Positions 18,267 through 26,483 of a stretch of 37,688 nucleotides of DNA are shown here, piece after piece. This DNA comes from a virus (Duplodnaviria; Heunggongvirae; Uroviricota; Caudoviricetes). The notes beneath the pieces are model-generated. The model was not told the DNA's origin. It did no database searches and saw nothing but the letters and a program-made list of their open reading frames with translations. How positions within the stretch are numbered: position 1 is the stretch's first letter; the number at the start of each line of letters is the position of its first letter. The stretch covers positions 1 to 37,688 of IMG/VR virus record IMGVR_UViG_3300032038_000024. One strand, written 5' to 3'. The translations under genes and the position numbers were made by a program.

Positions 18267-19480
18267 TATTTAAGAAGTTCAATTATGTTACGTTTATCGG
18301 TTTCTGGTATACTCTTTTCAATTATCTTTAATGTATTAGAAATACTATACTTTACTTTATTAGGTGATATACCTTCATTCTCAGCAATTTCATTTATTGA
18401 CATTGGGAACGGTGCATCTATTCCAAATTTCTTTTTGATTATTCGTCTATCAATCATTGGAAGTTTACTTAATACCTTTTCAAGAATTTCCTTGAACATA
18501 TTTTGTTTTTCCATTGCTTCCATTGATTCATCCATAACAGCAAAATCATCATTTGCTACTTCAGATATCTGATTGTCATGGTAACAATCATCAGTATGTG
18601 GATTAATACTGTCAAGACGAATTATGTTTACTGATGAATGTTCCTTTTGTGCAGATTTAGGAACACGAATTACTTTACCTAATTTGTTTATTTCTGATAT
18701 AATAGTTGCACGAATCCATGCAAAAGCAATTGATGAAAATGAAGCTTTCTTTATATTTTCATTTGTCCATTCAATAAATTCTTTCTTACTATTAAATCCG
18801 TTTGCTGGTAATTTCTTTATAGTTGCATCAAGTGTCTTTGTATATTGGAAATTACGTCTTATTAATTCTTCAGCTTCTGCAAATGTAAAGTATACTTTTT
18901 CTGATTTATTAATGTCGTCTAATATTGCAAATCTTAAATTAGCTCTATCTGTATCAAATTTATTAAAAGTAATTAATAGTCCTTCATTTCCTGCTTGTAT
19001 CAAATCATCCAATGGCAACCCAAGATTTTGATAACGCTTTGCACAATCAATAACAAGCTTCAAATTATTCTTAATGAATACATCTCTATTTTCAGGAACA
19101 AAAGCCATATCTTCAGACTCTCCCATAGGATGTAATATATATTCACGTTTTACTTCATTGAAATAAATATCTATGTTATTGTCAAAGGTTGCTTTAGAAA
19201 CATATTTATCAACTAATTTGTTTCTTGTTTTTGTTTTTAAGTCATCATAGAATTTTTCATATATCTCATAATCATACTTATTTAATAATTCTTTACATGT
19301 ACTTATATAAAAATCCACAATTGATGTCTCTGCACAATCTTTTATCATTTTGACATCTTTATAGACAATATCATTAAATGTATCGAAAAATTCTTGGTCC
19401 TCAATTTTGTCTTCTACAGAATCTAAAAAACTATTAATTTTATTTAAAGAGGTTTTTGTTAAATTAAACTGTCTACTCAC
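18266..19480 (-). CDS. Sigma-70 family RNA polymerase sigma factor (RpoD-like) with region-2 insertion
   Basis: NNLKLVIDCAKRYQNLGLPLDDLIQAGNEGL..KFD (2.1-2.2), FSSIAFAWIRATI...VIRVP (2.3-2.4), region 4 HTH RIIKKKFGI..MSINEIA..EGIS; GTG start. Confidence 0.88.
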   Translation of the reverse strand: MSRQFNLTKTSLNKINSFLDSVEDKIEDQEFFDTFNDIVYKDVKMIKDCAETSIVDFYISTCKELLNKYDYEIYEKFYDDLKTKTRNKLVDKYVSKATFDNNIDIYFNEVKREYILHPMGESEDMAFVPENRDVFIKNNLKLVIDCAKRYQNLGLPLDDLIQAGNEGLLITFNKFDTDRANLRFAILDDINKSEKVYFTFAEAEELIRRNFQYTKTLDATIKKLPANGFNSKKEFIEWTNENIKKASFSSIAFAWIRATIISEINKLGKVIRVPKSAQKEHSSVNIIRLDSINPHTDDCYHDNQISEVANDDFAVMDESMEAMEKQNMFKEILEKVLSKLPMIDRRIIKKKFGIDAPFPMSINEIAENEGISPNKVKYSISNTLKIIEKSIPETDKRNIIELLK

Positions 19481-19525
19481 TTATCCCATTAAAAACATAT
19501 ATTTGTTATTAGGGATATAAAAATT

Positions 19526-19557
19526 TTGTTCTACATTATAATGATAACATAGAACAA
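19526..19557 (-). terminator. Terminator-like hairpin upstream of the sigma gene
   Basis: Minus strand TTGTTCTA-TG-TTAT-CATT-ATAA-TG-TAGAACAA then AATTTTT; two wobble pairs form only on the minus strand. Confidence 0.6.
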
Positions 19558-19656
19558 ATAGTATAAAAAATTCAAAAAAATTTAATAAAATTTAATAAAA
19601 AATATTATATGTATTATATTTTTATGAAATTCTTAAATAAAAAATATTATATGTAT

Positions 19657-19872
19657 TTATTTTTCATCTTCCATCTTAACAAAATAACCTACTTTCTCCC
19701 ATGGATCATTTGTAATTACACAATGTTGTGCATCTTCCCAAACATTTCCATCATACATTTCAATATGCCAATACGAACCATTTTGTTCCATATTTTTTAT
19801 TTCGTCTAAGTATATTGTGGCGTAATGACCCCAACAACCACAATATAATTTAACCATTGTTCTTATTCCCAT
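19657..19872 (-). CDS. Hypothetical protein (71 aa)
   Basis: ORF track. Confidence 0.7.
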   Translation of the reverse strand: MGIRTMVKLYCGCWGHYATIYLDEIKNMEQNGSYWHIEMYDGNVWEDAQHCVITNDPWEKVGYFVKMEDEK

Positions 19873-19883
19873 AATAATTAATT

Positions 19884-20162
19884 TTATAATATTTGTTTTA
19901 ATATTAAAATTATAGATAACACAAACGTCATAAATATAATAAATGCAAACAAATAAAGAAATAAATTAATAAAGCACCCGTTCCATGGATTATCAGATTT
20001 TAATTTTATTTCTGCTGAATTATATCGTTTTCTTTTTTCATTCCATTCAATAAAAGAATAATAAGGTTTTTTATACCAAGGAGCAGTCCATTTATCAATA
20101 GATGCTTGTATCTCTTTCATTCCTATTATTCTTCCATTTTCTTTATAAACCCAATAACTCAT
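19884..20162 (-). CDS. Hypothetical protein with C-terminal transmembrane helix (92 aa)
   Basis: ATGA overlap; FINLFLYLFAFIIFMTFVLSIILIL. Confidence 0.75.
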   Translation of the reverse strand: MSYWVYKENGRIIGMKEIQASIDKWTAPWYKKPYYSFIEWNEKRKRYNSAEIKLKSDNPWNGCFINLFLYLFAFIIFMTFVLSIILILKQIL

Positions 20163-21304
20163 TTTGTAAGAAGTTTACTCATGTCAATAATAGCAGCTTC
20201 ACAATAAAGTTCTTCATCTTCCATTATATTAAATCTTACAAATGGAGCACCTTTTGAATTTACTTGCCATGATGCATTAGAATCATCTGGACACCATAAC
20301 ATTTCTACAACACATGTATTTTGATACCCATTATGTTGAATATCTTTAAGTTCAGATTCGCTAATTGGTACAAATTTATATTCTTTTGATTTTTTATATG
20401 TTTCTGCATCTTCATCTTCCATATAAAAATCTCCAGGTTTTACTAATTTCATTAATGCTCCGTCCCATGCACCATCCTCATCATCAATAAATCCTCTAAA
20501 TTCAATCAAATCATCAGATGCTCCAAATACAATAACCCATTTGTTTTTACGACAAATAGCATCAACGTCTATTTTATATTCATTATCTAATTCATCTCTA
20601 TATTCATTACCATCAAGAAGCTTTGCTAAATCTTCAATAGTATTAATTTGTTTTGGCTTTATATTTTCAGATATTTCATCCAAAATAGATTGCTTAATAG
20701 ATTCAGATATTTCAGGCCATGCATTATTAACACATTCAAAGAAATTCTTTGCTCCATGTTGTTTAATATTATAATTAATCCATTCTTTAATTTTAACGCC
20801 TTTATCAATTATCAAATCTCTTTTTTCTTCTTTATTCATATTGCTATTACAATTTATTTTATTTTTATTTAGTGTATCATAATCTACATGAAATTTACGT
20901 TTGAACTCTTCTTTAAGCCAATTTAATGATTTACTAACTTCAAATGTTTTTTCCCAGTCTGAACAATCACGACAGTCATCTCCAAAGTTTCCACCGCATT
21001 TTCTACAATGATCTCTCCAATGTTCAACTTCTTTTTCTTTATTAGCAATTTGTTGAATCATTAAATCTTCATCATATGAATGTCCGAATCTATTTTTATA
21101 TGCTTCCCTTGCGTTGCGAAGATTCATTTCCAATTCATAATTTCTTTTTGAATCTTCGCATCCTCTACAATCATCACAGCCATTTCCTGGTCCACAATGT
21201 AAACATGGGCTTTCATCATAGTATTTCTTTTCAGCTGCTTTAATTTTTGCAATTAAATCATCACGAACCCAATCATCTTGTACACTTGCATCAAATATAC
21301 TCAT
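20159..21304 (-). CDS. Multidomain protein: two tandem Cys-rich repeats plus a conserved phage-type C-terminal domain (381 aa)
   Basis: CLHCGPGNGCDDCRGC and CRKCGGNFGDDCRDC 66 aa apart; C-terminal VIVFGASDDLIEFRG...MLWC...FNIMEDEELYC. Confidence 0.85.
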   Translation of the reverse strand: MSIFDASVQDDWVRDDLIAKIKAAEKKYYDESPCLHCGPGNGCDDCRGCEDSKRNYELEMNLRNAREAYKNRFGHSYDEDLMIQQIANKEKEVEHWRDHCRKCGGNFGDDCRDCSDWEKTFEVSKSLNWLKEEFKRKFHVDYDTLNKNKINCNSNMNKEEKRDLIIDKGVKIKEWINYNIKQHGAKNFFECVNNAWPEISESIKQSILDEISENIKPKQINTIEDLAKLLDGNEYRDELDNEYKIDVDAICRKNKWVIVFGASDDLIEFRGFIDDEDGAWDGALMKLVKPGDFYMEDEDAETYKKSKEYKFVPISESELKDIQHNGYQNTCVVEMLWCPDDSNASWQVNSKGAPFVRFNIMEDEELYCEAAIIDMSKLLTK

Positions 21305-21322
21305 AATTATTTAATTTATTTA

Positions 21323-21535
21323 TTATATTCCATTATATAAAGGAATTGTCAATCCATTAGGCAATAGCAAATATTTATCTTTTCTATATTTAGGATTCCA
21401 ATATCCGTTATGTGATTCTGTTCTCATAAAATTGAAAAATCTTTCAACAGACATCATCTTTTCCAATAATGTATCTCCTTCTCCAATTTTACTTCGAAGT
21501 TCATCTCTCTTTTTGTTAAATTCAGATTCATTCAT
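21323..21535 (-). CDS. Hypothetical protein (70 aa from ATG 21535)
   Basis: ORF track (TTG 21538); the ATG overlaps the upstream small-ORF stop. Confidence 0.7.
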   Translation of the reverse strand: MNESEFNKKRDELRSKIGEGDTLLEKMMSVERFFNFMRTESHNGYWNPKYRKDKYLLLPNGLTIPLYNGI

Positions 21536-21662
21536 CAATATCTTTAATCTTTTTACGATTTATTTTGTTAAAAAAATTTATTCTTTTCAACTTATCATCA
21601 GATTTATTTGCTGTTGCTAAATAAGCATTCTTGGCTTTTTTCTTTTTATTCAGACTAGTCAT
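21528..21662 (-). CDS. Small basic protein (44 aa)
   Basis: Manual: MTSLNKKKKAKNAYLATANKSDDKLKRINFFNKINRKKIKDIDE*; overlaps both neighbours by 8 nt. Confidence 0.55.
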   Translation of the reverse strand: MTSLNKKKKAKNAYLATANKSDDKLKRINFFNKINRKKIKDIDE

Positions 21663-21876
21663 CTTCTGGAGGGAAACAATTATTTATATCCATATACTCG
21701 CAAATGTAATCATTTAATACATCTTCATAATCTAATGCCCATATAAGATGTTTATAAAAATCATAACATTTGCCTTGTTTTAACAAATATTCAAAAAGTT
21801 CTTTTGATTTGATTTGCTTTGCGCTATCACCATCAATTTGATTTAATAACTCTTGTTCGTTTAATTCAATTGTCAT
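21655..21876 (-). CDS. Hypothetical acidic protein (73 aa)
   Basis: ATGA overlap; TAG stop. Confidence 0.75.
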   Translation of the reverse strand: MTIELNEQELLNQIDGDSAKQIKSKELFEYLLKQGKCYDFYKHLIWALDYEDVLNDYICEYMDINNCFPPEDD

Positions 21877-22160
21877 AATATTAATCGTTCCTCAGTACCA
21901 ATATCACCCTCTTCATCGTTATGATAATGCCACCATTGTTCTTCAAGTTCAAAATAATGACCTTCTCCAATTTCAGCATCTAATTCATCGGCTAAAAGCA
22001 TAGCAGCTGCACATAAACCTTCTCTATATCCTTCTTGAAGATAATATAATTGTTCTTCATTCAAATCGTCTGATGTTATTGTGCCTTTACGAAGATCTCT
22101 GATATTGTTAATGTATTTCTTTAAATTTTGTACTGGTATTATAGGAGCTAAACGTTTCAT
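21873..22160 (-). CDS. Hypothetical protein (95 aa from MKRLAP)
   Basis: ATG 22160 directly follows the upstream stop; the track's longer start overlaps that gene. Confidence 0.7.
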   Translation of the reverse strand: MKRLAPIIPVQNLKKYINNIRDLRKGTITSDDLNEEQLYYLQEGYREGLCAAAMLLADELDAEIGEGHYFELEEQWWHYHNDEEGDIGTEERLIL

Positions 22161-22161
22161 A

Positions 22162-22509
22162 TTACCAAATATGCTGAAACACAAATAATTGTGCCGGTGT
22201 TTTTGTATATTTCTTAAGAACCTTTTTAAGTTCTGGATTTTCTTCAATTATTTTGTTATATTCAGATGTTGCTTCAGTAATCAATTCTGAATTTATAACA
22301 ACTGGATCCGGATCTTCACCTGCATCATAATTAACTAATATTGCTCCAAAATATAAATAATTGCCACACATTGTATCATCAACCATTATATTTTGAAATT
22401 TATCCCAGTACTCTTCATCAACCTTTTCCAATTTTTTACCAATTTTACGAACTTCATCACTACCTTCAATTTTCCATCCATAAATTACTATTGTGTGATT
22501 GTCTATCAT
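22162..22509 (-). CDS. Hypothetical protein (115 aa)
   Basis: ORF track. Confidence 0.8.
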   Translation of the reverse strand: MIDNHTIVIYGWKIEGSDEVRKIGKKLEKVDEEYWDKFQNIMVDDTMCGNYLYFGAILVNYDAGEDPDPVVINSELITEATSEYNKIIEENPELKKVLKKYTKTPAQLFVFQHIW

Positions 22510-22515
22510 ATTAAT

Positions 22516-22644
22516 TTATTTAAATTTATTTATACTATATATCATTGCTTGAAGAGGAAGTATATCATCTTCAACTATATGTTTACCAATATAATTATTT
22601 TCGTTATTCTTTTTATGTATAATTTTATGCAGCCAATTGAACAT
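22516..22644 (-). CDS. Small hypothetical protein (42 aa)
   Basis: Manual: MFNWLHKIIHKKNNENNYIGKHIVEDDILPLQAMIYSINKFK*; fills the gap. Confidence 0.4.
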   Translation of the reverse strand: MFNWLHKIIHKKNNENNYIGKHIVEDDILPLQAMIYSINKFK

Positions 22645-22682
22645 AACTATAATTATTATAATTATTACATAATGAAATTATA

Positions 22683-22871
22683 TTAATCTTTATCAGGCAT
22701 TATTATTGCAAGTATAATATAAGGAATTAATCCTACCCCATAAAATAATATAGCAATTATCCAAATAAATCGAAGTATTGTAACATCAATTCCAAAATAA
22801 TCAGATAATCCCAAACATACTCCAGAAATCATAGAGTCAAATGGATCTCCTTTTGTTAATCTTTTACTCAT
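22683..22871 (-). CDS. pspC: PspC-domain membrane protein
   Basis: RL.....D.MISGVCLGLSDYFGIDVTILRFIWII.....G.GLIPYIILAIIMP is the canonical PspC pattern. Confidence 0.88.
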   Translation of the reverse strand: MSKRLTKGDPFDSMISGVCLGLSDYFGIDVTILRFIWIIAILFYGVGLIPYIILAIIMPDKD

Positions 22872-23325
22872 ATATCTCGTTTATAATATCTATATCATCT
22901 AAATATTTTATCATAAGAGGCTTTACTTCATTTTCCCAGTTTAATCCCCCATTAGTGCATCCAAGCTTAGGCCAAGCAATTGATGTTATTCCCCAATGCT
23001 TATAGTTATTTATAAAATTTGCTAAACCACGTTCAATCCATTCTATCCTTGACTTATATTGCCACATTACTTTTGTCGCAAAACAAAGTATCTTTCTTTG
23101 TTTGAACATATCTACATAATCCCAAATCCAAATATCTCCACCATGTGATAAATGTTGTTCTCTTGTATTGTTTTTGCATACATATCTATATTCATTAAAC
23201 ATTTCAGGATATCGTTGCTTATATTGTAATGCGATTCCCTTTCCCATTACACCCATACAGTTTACTGTATTAACTAATGTCTGGCATTCAGAATCAAATA
23301 TATTACCCTTCTTGAATACTATCAT
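22864..23325 (-). CDS. Macrodomain ADP-ribose glycohydrolase, DarG-like
   Basis: GNIF....LVNTVNCMGVMGKGIALQYKQRYP, FATK..W...SRIEWIERGL, SIAWPKLGCTNGGLNW. Confidence 0.9.
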   Translation of the reverse strand: MIVFKKGNIFDSECQTLVNTVNCMGVMGKGIALQYKQRYPEMFNEYRYVCKNNTREQHLSHGGDIWIWDYVDMFKQRKILCFATKVMWQYKSRIEWIERGLANFINNYKHWGITSIAWPKLGCTNGGLNWENEVKPLMIKYLDDIDIINEIYE

Positions 23326-23758
23326 GTTGTTTCTTAATATATTTTAATTTTTTATTCAATTCATCTAAATTCTGTTTCCCTCTTTCAATTACTTCTTCAA
23401 TTGATTTCATACTACTTTCCAATCCATCAACATAATGTTTCCAAAGGATATCTTTATCAAAGCACGCCATTATAGTTATTTCTGATTTTATTAATTCTTC
23501 ATAATTACTATAATCTAATGTACTTAATAAATCTGTTAATAAAGGAATATCATAATCTCGTCTTTCTCCAGTATCAAATAATGATATAAATTTATCTGAA
23601 CCATCAGGAAGCCTAACAGTAAGATTATAATATCCTGTCCATGCCATTTTCTTTATATCAATATTTGTAATAATTAGTGGAAGTAATTGTGGTTTATCAC
23701 CTCCACTAATTGTCCACAATATATCATTTACTTTAATATCTTTTGCAAATTTACTCAT
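23303..23758 (-). CDS. Hypothetical protein (151 aa), C-terminal coiled coil
   Basis: ORF track; ATGA overlap. Confidence 0.8.
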   Translation of the reverse strand: MSKFAKDIKVNDILWTISGGDKPQLLPLIITNIDIKKMAWTGYYNLTVRLPDGSDKFISLFDTGERRDYDIPLLTDLLSTLDYSNYEELIKSEITIMACFDKDILWKHYVDGLESSMKSIEEVIERGKQNLDELNKKLKYIKKQHDSIQEG

Positions 23759-24210
23759 ACTATTTTATTATATTGTAATGAATAAAGCTTACTTAATGTA
23801 TCTTTTTCTTTAGTAACAATTTCTTCTTGTTCCTTAATTTTATTTGTGATTAACTCGCTATAGATATTATTAAGTATATCAAGTCCATTAAAAGATACAA
23901 TCATATCTCCATATACTGGAGTATAATCACGTGCCCATTCAGTATTTCTTTTGACTGCAAGATAAGGAAGACTATATTTCAATTTGTTTACTGCAAGATT
24001 TACTCTTACACGTTTTCCATTTTCAGTATATTTAAATCTTACATTACATATTGATTCATATTCTTTTACAGATATAACTTCAGATATTTGATATGTATAC
24101 TTACCATCTTCAAAAATCAATAAGCTTAAGCCTTGGCCTTTCTTTAATGTATTCCATTTCAAATCTGAATCATTATGCAGCAAGCTTGTAATTTTTTTCA
24201 TTATCTCCAT
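23755..24210 (-). CDS. Hypothetical protein (about 151 aa from MEIMKK), C-terminal coiled coil
   Basis: ORF track start 24243 shortened to the first ATG at 24210. Confidence 0.75.
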   Translation of the reverse strand: MEIMKKITSLLHNDSDLKWNTLKKGQGLSLLIFEDGKYTYQISEVISVKEYESICNVRFKYTENGKRVRVNLAVNKLKYSLPYLAVKRNTEWARDYTPVYGDMIVSFNGLDILNNIYSELITNKIKEQEEIVTKEKDTLSKLYSLQYNKIV

Positions 24211-24592
24211 TTTCTTCGTCCTCCTCAGATTCTTTATTTTCAAAATTAGGAATGTCTTTTTGTATTAACTGTGAATCAGATTCATCACAGTAAATTTCCA
24301 TATATCTTGTTACCTTTGTATTTGTATTTTCAATATTCCAATGTCCTTCTGAATTGATAAAACCAACTCTATATGAATAACGATACCCAAAAGTCATATC
24401 AAGAGTCAATATCTGGCAAAGATATAATCTTGGAAGCCCATATTTATTTTCTTCTCTTTGAGGATATCCTTCTTGCCAATTAGGATTATAGTCAGCCCAT
24501 TTTGCTCCACCTTCAAATGATTCAACATTCTTTGCTGAAGTATATTTTGCAGCTGCTCTTATTTGTTCTTGTCTATTCTTGCGTTTGTTCAT
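24173..24592 (-). CDS. Hypothetical protein (139 aa) with FEGGAKWAD motif
   Basis: ATGA overlap; the GA.WAD motif is common in small phage proteins. Confidence 0.75.
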   Translation of the reverse strand: MNKRKNRQEQIRAAAKYTSAKNVESFEGGAKWADYNPNWQEGYPQREENKYGLPRLYLCQILTLDMTFGYRYSYRVGFINSEGHWNIENTNTKVTRYMEIYCDESDSQLIQKDIPNFENKESEEDEENGDNEKNYKLAA

Positions 24593-24897
24593 AATTCAAA
24601 TTTTTCAATTATTTCACATTTACATTTATCTCCATAATGAACTTCATGCCAATCTTTGATGTAATTTTTCATTTCATCTAAAGTATGAGTTGTATGTTGG
24701 ATTCTTTCTCCTTCATAACCACATTCATGTCCTACTTTATGCCAGAATCCAAATATACGACCTTTGCGTTTTACTTCATACCATTCACTTCTTTCAATTG
24801 AAGTAGATTCTGGTACATATTGTCCGCTAATTGGAAATTTACCTGAGTGTGTAACTTTTAATGTCTTTGAATGTTTTTTGATTATTTTATATTTCAT
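24589..24897 (-). CDS. Hypothetical protein (102 aa)
   Basis: ATGA overlaps. Confidence 0.8.
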   Translation of the reverse strand: MKYKIIKKHSKTLKVTHSGKFPISGQYVPESTSIERSEWYEVKRKGRIFGFWHKVGHECGYEGERIQHTTHTLDEMKNYIKDWHEVHYGDKCKCEIIEKFEL

Positions 24898-25148
24898 ATA
24901 TGATCTATTAAATATTCTTCATCTGTTATATCCTTTGCAGTAGGTCCAAAATTGTATAAACCATGTTTATCTTTCTTTGCTGGTTCTAATGTAATAATGA
25001 TACTATAACCTACTCCAAGATTCATATCAGTATAATAGTATACATATACATGATTATAATCTGACATATGTACACCTCTATATAAATCAATTCTCTCACG
25101 TTCAAGATCCGTAAGTTTGTTGTATGGATATTTTATTTCTTCAATCAT
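24894..25148 (-). CDS. Hypothetical protein (84 aa)
   Basis: ORF track; coupled at both ends. Confidence 0.75.
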   Translation of the reverse strand: MIEEIKYPYNKLTDLERERIDLYRGVHMSDYNHVYVYYYTDMNLGVGYSIIITLEPAKKDKHGLYNFGPTAKDITDEEYLIDHI

Positions 25149-25327
25149 TACTTATATTCTTTAGGTAAAATATTATCATAAAATTCATCAAATGTTTTAT
25201 ATCTAAACTGATTTTGTGGACCGTAAGCATCACCTACATGTTCATTATCTCTACAAATATAATATCCATGTGATGGATTTTCATTTATATATTGTTCTAT
25301 CTTTTTACGTTTTTCTTCTGTTGTCAT
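25148..25327 (-). CDS. Small hypothetical protein (59 aa)
   Basis: Manual: MTTEENVKKIEQYINENPSHGYYICRDNEHVGDAYGPQNQFRYKTFDEFYDNILPKEYK*; TAATG overlap downstream. Confidence 0.7.
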   Translation of the reverse strand: MTTEEKRKKIEQYINENPSHGYYICRDNEHVGDAYGPQNQFRYKTFDEFYDNILPKEYK

Positions 25328-25328
25328 A

Positions 25329-25976
25329 TTATTCTAAGTTTTCGTAAAGCAACGTTATATGGTTTTTCTTAATTCCTGGGACTTCCTTAATGTCTTCAAT
25401 TCTTTTTTGACATTCCTTTTCAAATTCATATGTATTGAATGGATGTGTAATCAAATGACAACCTGTCTTTGTTGGAATTTCAATAACTATTGGGTTATCC
25501 CATTTACTTGTACAGTTTTTTATTGCATCATATATTGCAAGTAATTTAATATCTATCATATCGGGATGTACATCATCAATATCAACAACCCATCTTTTTT
25601 CCTTACCTGATAATGAACCATTGACATGATCACAAAATCTCCATGGTTTTTTAAATTCACCAAGAGATACCATTTCAGCGTACTTAACAAGTGTCTTTTT
25701 TGATAATTCAAGTTTTGATTTAGCATTAACACTTATGTAAGCACGCAAACGAAATAAATCACAACAAGTTTTAATTTCATCTATATACTTATCAAATAAT
25801 TCAATTGAGTCAATGTAATAAGTCTTAAAAGTATAATTCGCAGCAGGCATATCTGGATTATCTTTACCTCTACGAATTAACTGAACATCAAAATATAAAT
25901 CGTTTCTATATCTTTGTTCACTGGGTATACCTAAATCTTTCATATACCCTCTCATTACATCAATATTGTTTGTCAT
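25329..25976 (-). CDS. Stand-alone AEP (archaeo-eukaryotic primase/PrimPol) superfamily-like protein
   Basis: Motif I RWVVDIDD (hhhDhD), motif II PTKTGCHL (T/S-x-x-G-x-H). Confidence 0.55.
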   Translation of the reverse strand: MTNNIDVMRGYMKDLGIPSEQRYRNDLYFDVQLIRRGKDNPDMPAANYTFKTYYIDSIELFDKYIDEIKTCCDLFRLRAYISVNAKSKLELSKKTLVKYAEMVSLGEFKKPWRFCDHVNGSLSGKEKRWVVDIDDVHPDMIDIKLLAIYDAIKNCTSKWDNPIVIEIPTKTGCHLITHPFNTYEFEKECQKRIEDIKEVPGIKKNHITLLYENLE

Positions 25977-25977
25977 A

Positions 25978-26226
25978 TCAATTTAATTTACTATACTGTT
26001 CTGAAATTCTTTCTAAAAACTTATTACAATTTAATTCAAGTTCCTTTGCAATATTTCTTAATTCAATAATGTCCGCAAAATCCTTTTCATAGCATCCCGT
26101 TCCAAAATAATCATTTGTTTCTTCACGTTCTATTCCACGATGTCGAATTTTTAAGCGAACATTTAATAATTCATTTAATCTTTTATTTAATCTATTTTCA
26201 ATAAACTTATCTACACAATTACCCAT
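25978..26226 (-). CDS. Hypothetical protein (82 aa)
   Basis: TAATG overlap. Confidence 0.7.
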   Translation of the reverse strand: MGNCVDKFIENRLNKRLNELLNVRLKIRHRGIEREETNDYFGTGCYEKDFADIIELRNIAKELELNCNKFLERISEQYSKLN

Positions 26227-26483
26227 TACTTAAAACTTAAAATATTAATATCTGTATCTCCGTTAATTTTAACAAGATGACAAATAATCTTTATAATTTT
26301 CCGTTCATAAAATTTATAGTCAATTGAAAAATCTTCATTTATAATTTTATCATATTTTAATTGACAATCCGGTAATTCAATATTTCTATAAATAGGTTCA
26401 TCTTCATCAGATAATCCTGGATAAAAATATAGATGTTTATATTTATCTTTATCTGTGTAAATTGTTACAAAACCCGGTATCAT
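26226..26483 (-). CDS. Hypothetical protein (85 aa)
   Basis: TAATG overlaps at both ends. Confidence 0.7.
   Translation of the reverse strand: MIPGFVTIYTDKDKYKHLYFYPGLSDEDEPIYRNIELPDCQLKYDKIINEDFSIDYKFYERKIIKIICHLVKINGDTDINILSFK

Noticed and set aside
18740-18952. Intein or intron in the sigma factor (also considered for recA and topoisomerase)
   Set aside because: No Cys/Ser start, no His-Asn C-terminus and no LAGLIDADG motif; frames are continuous.
19498-19505. Plus-strand TATATTTG (-7 box) near the sigma gene start
   Set aside because: No credible plus-strand ORF downstream; a single chance match is likely, although antisense transcription cannot be excluded.
22864-23325. Complete DarTG toxin-antitoxin module
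   Set aside because: No DarT-like ORF is adjacent and the protein lacks the DarG C-terminal domain.
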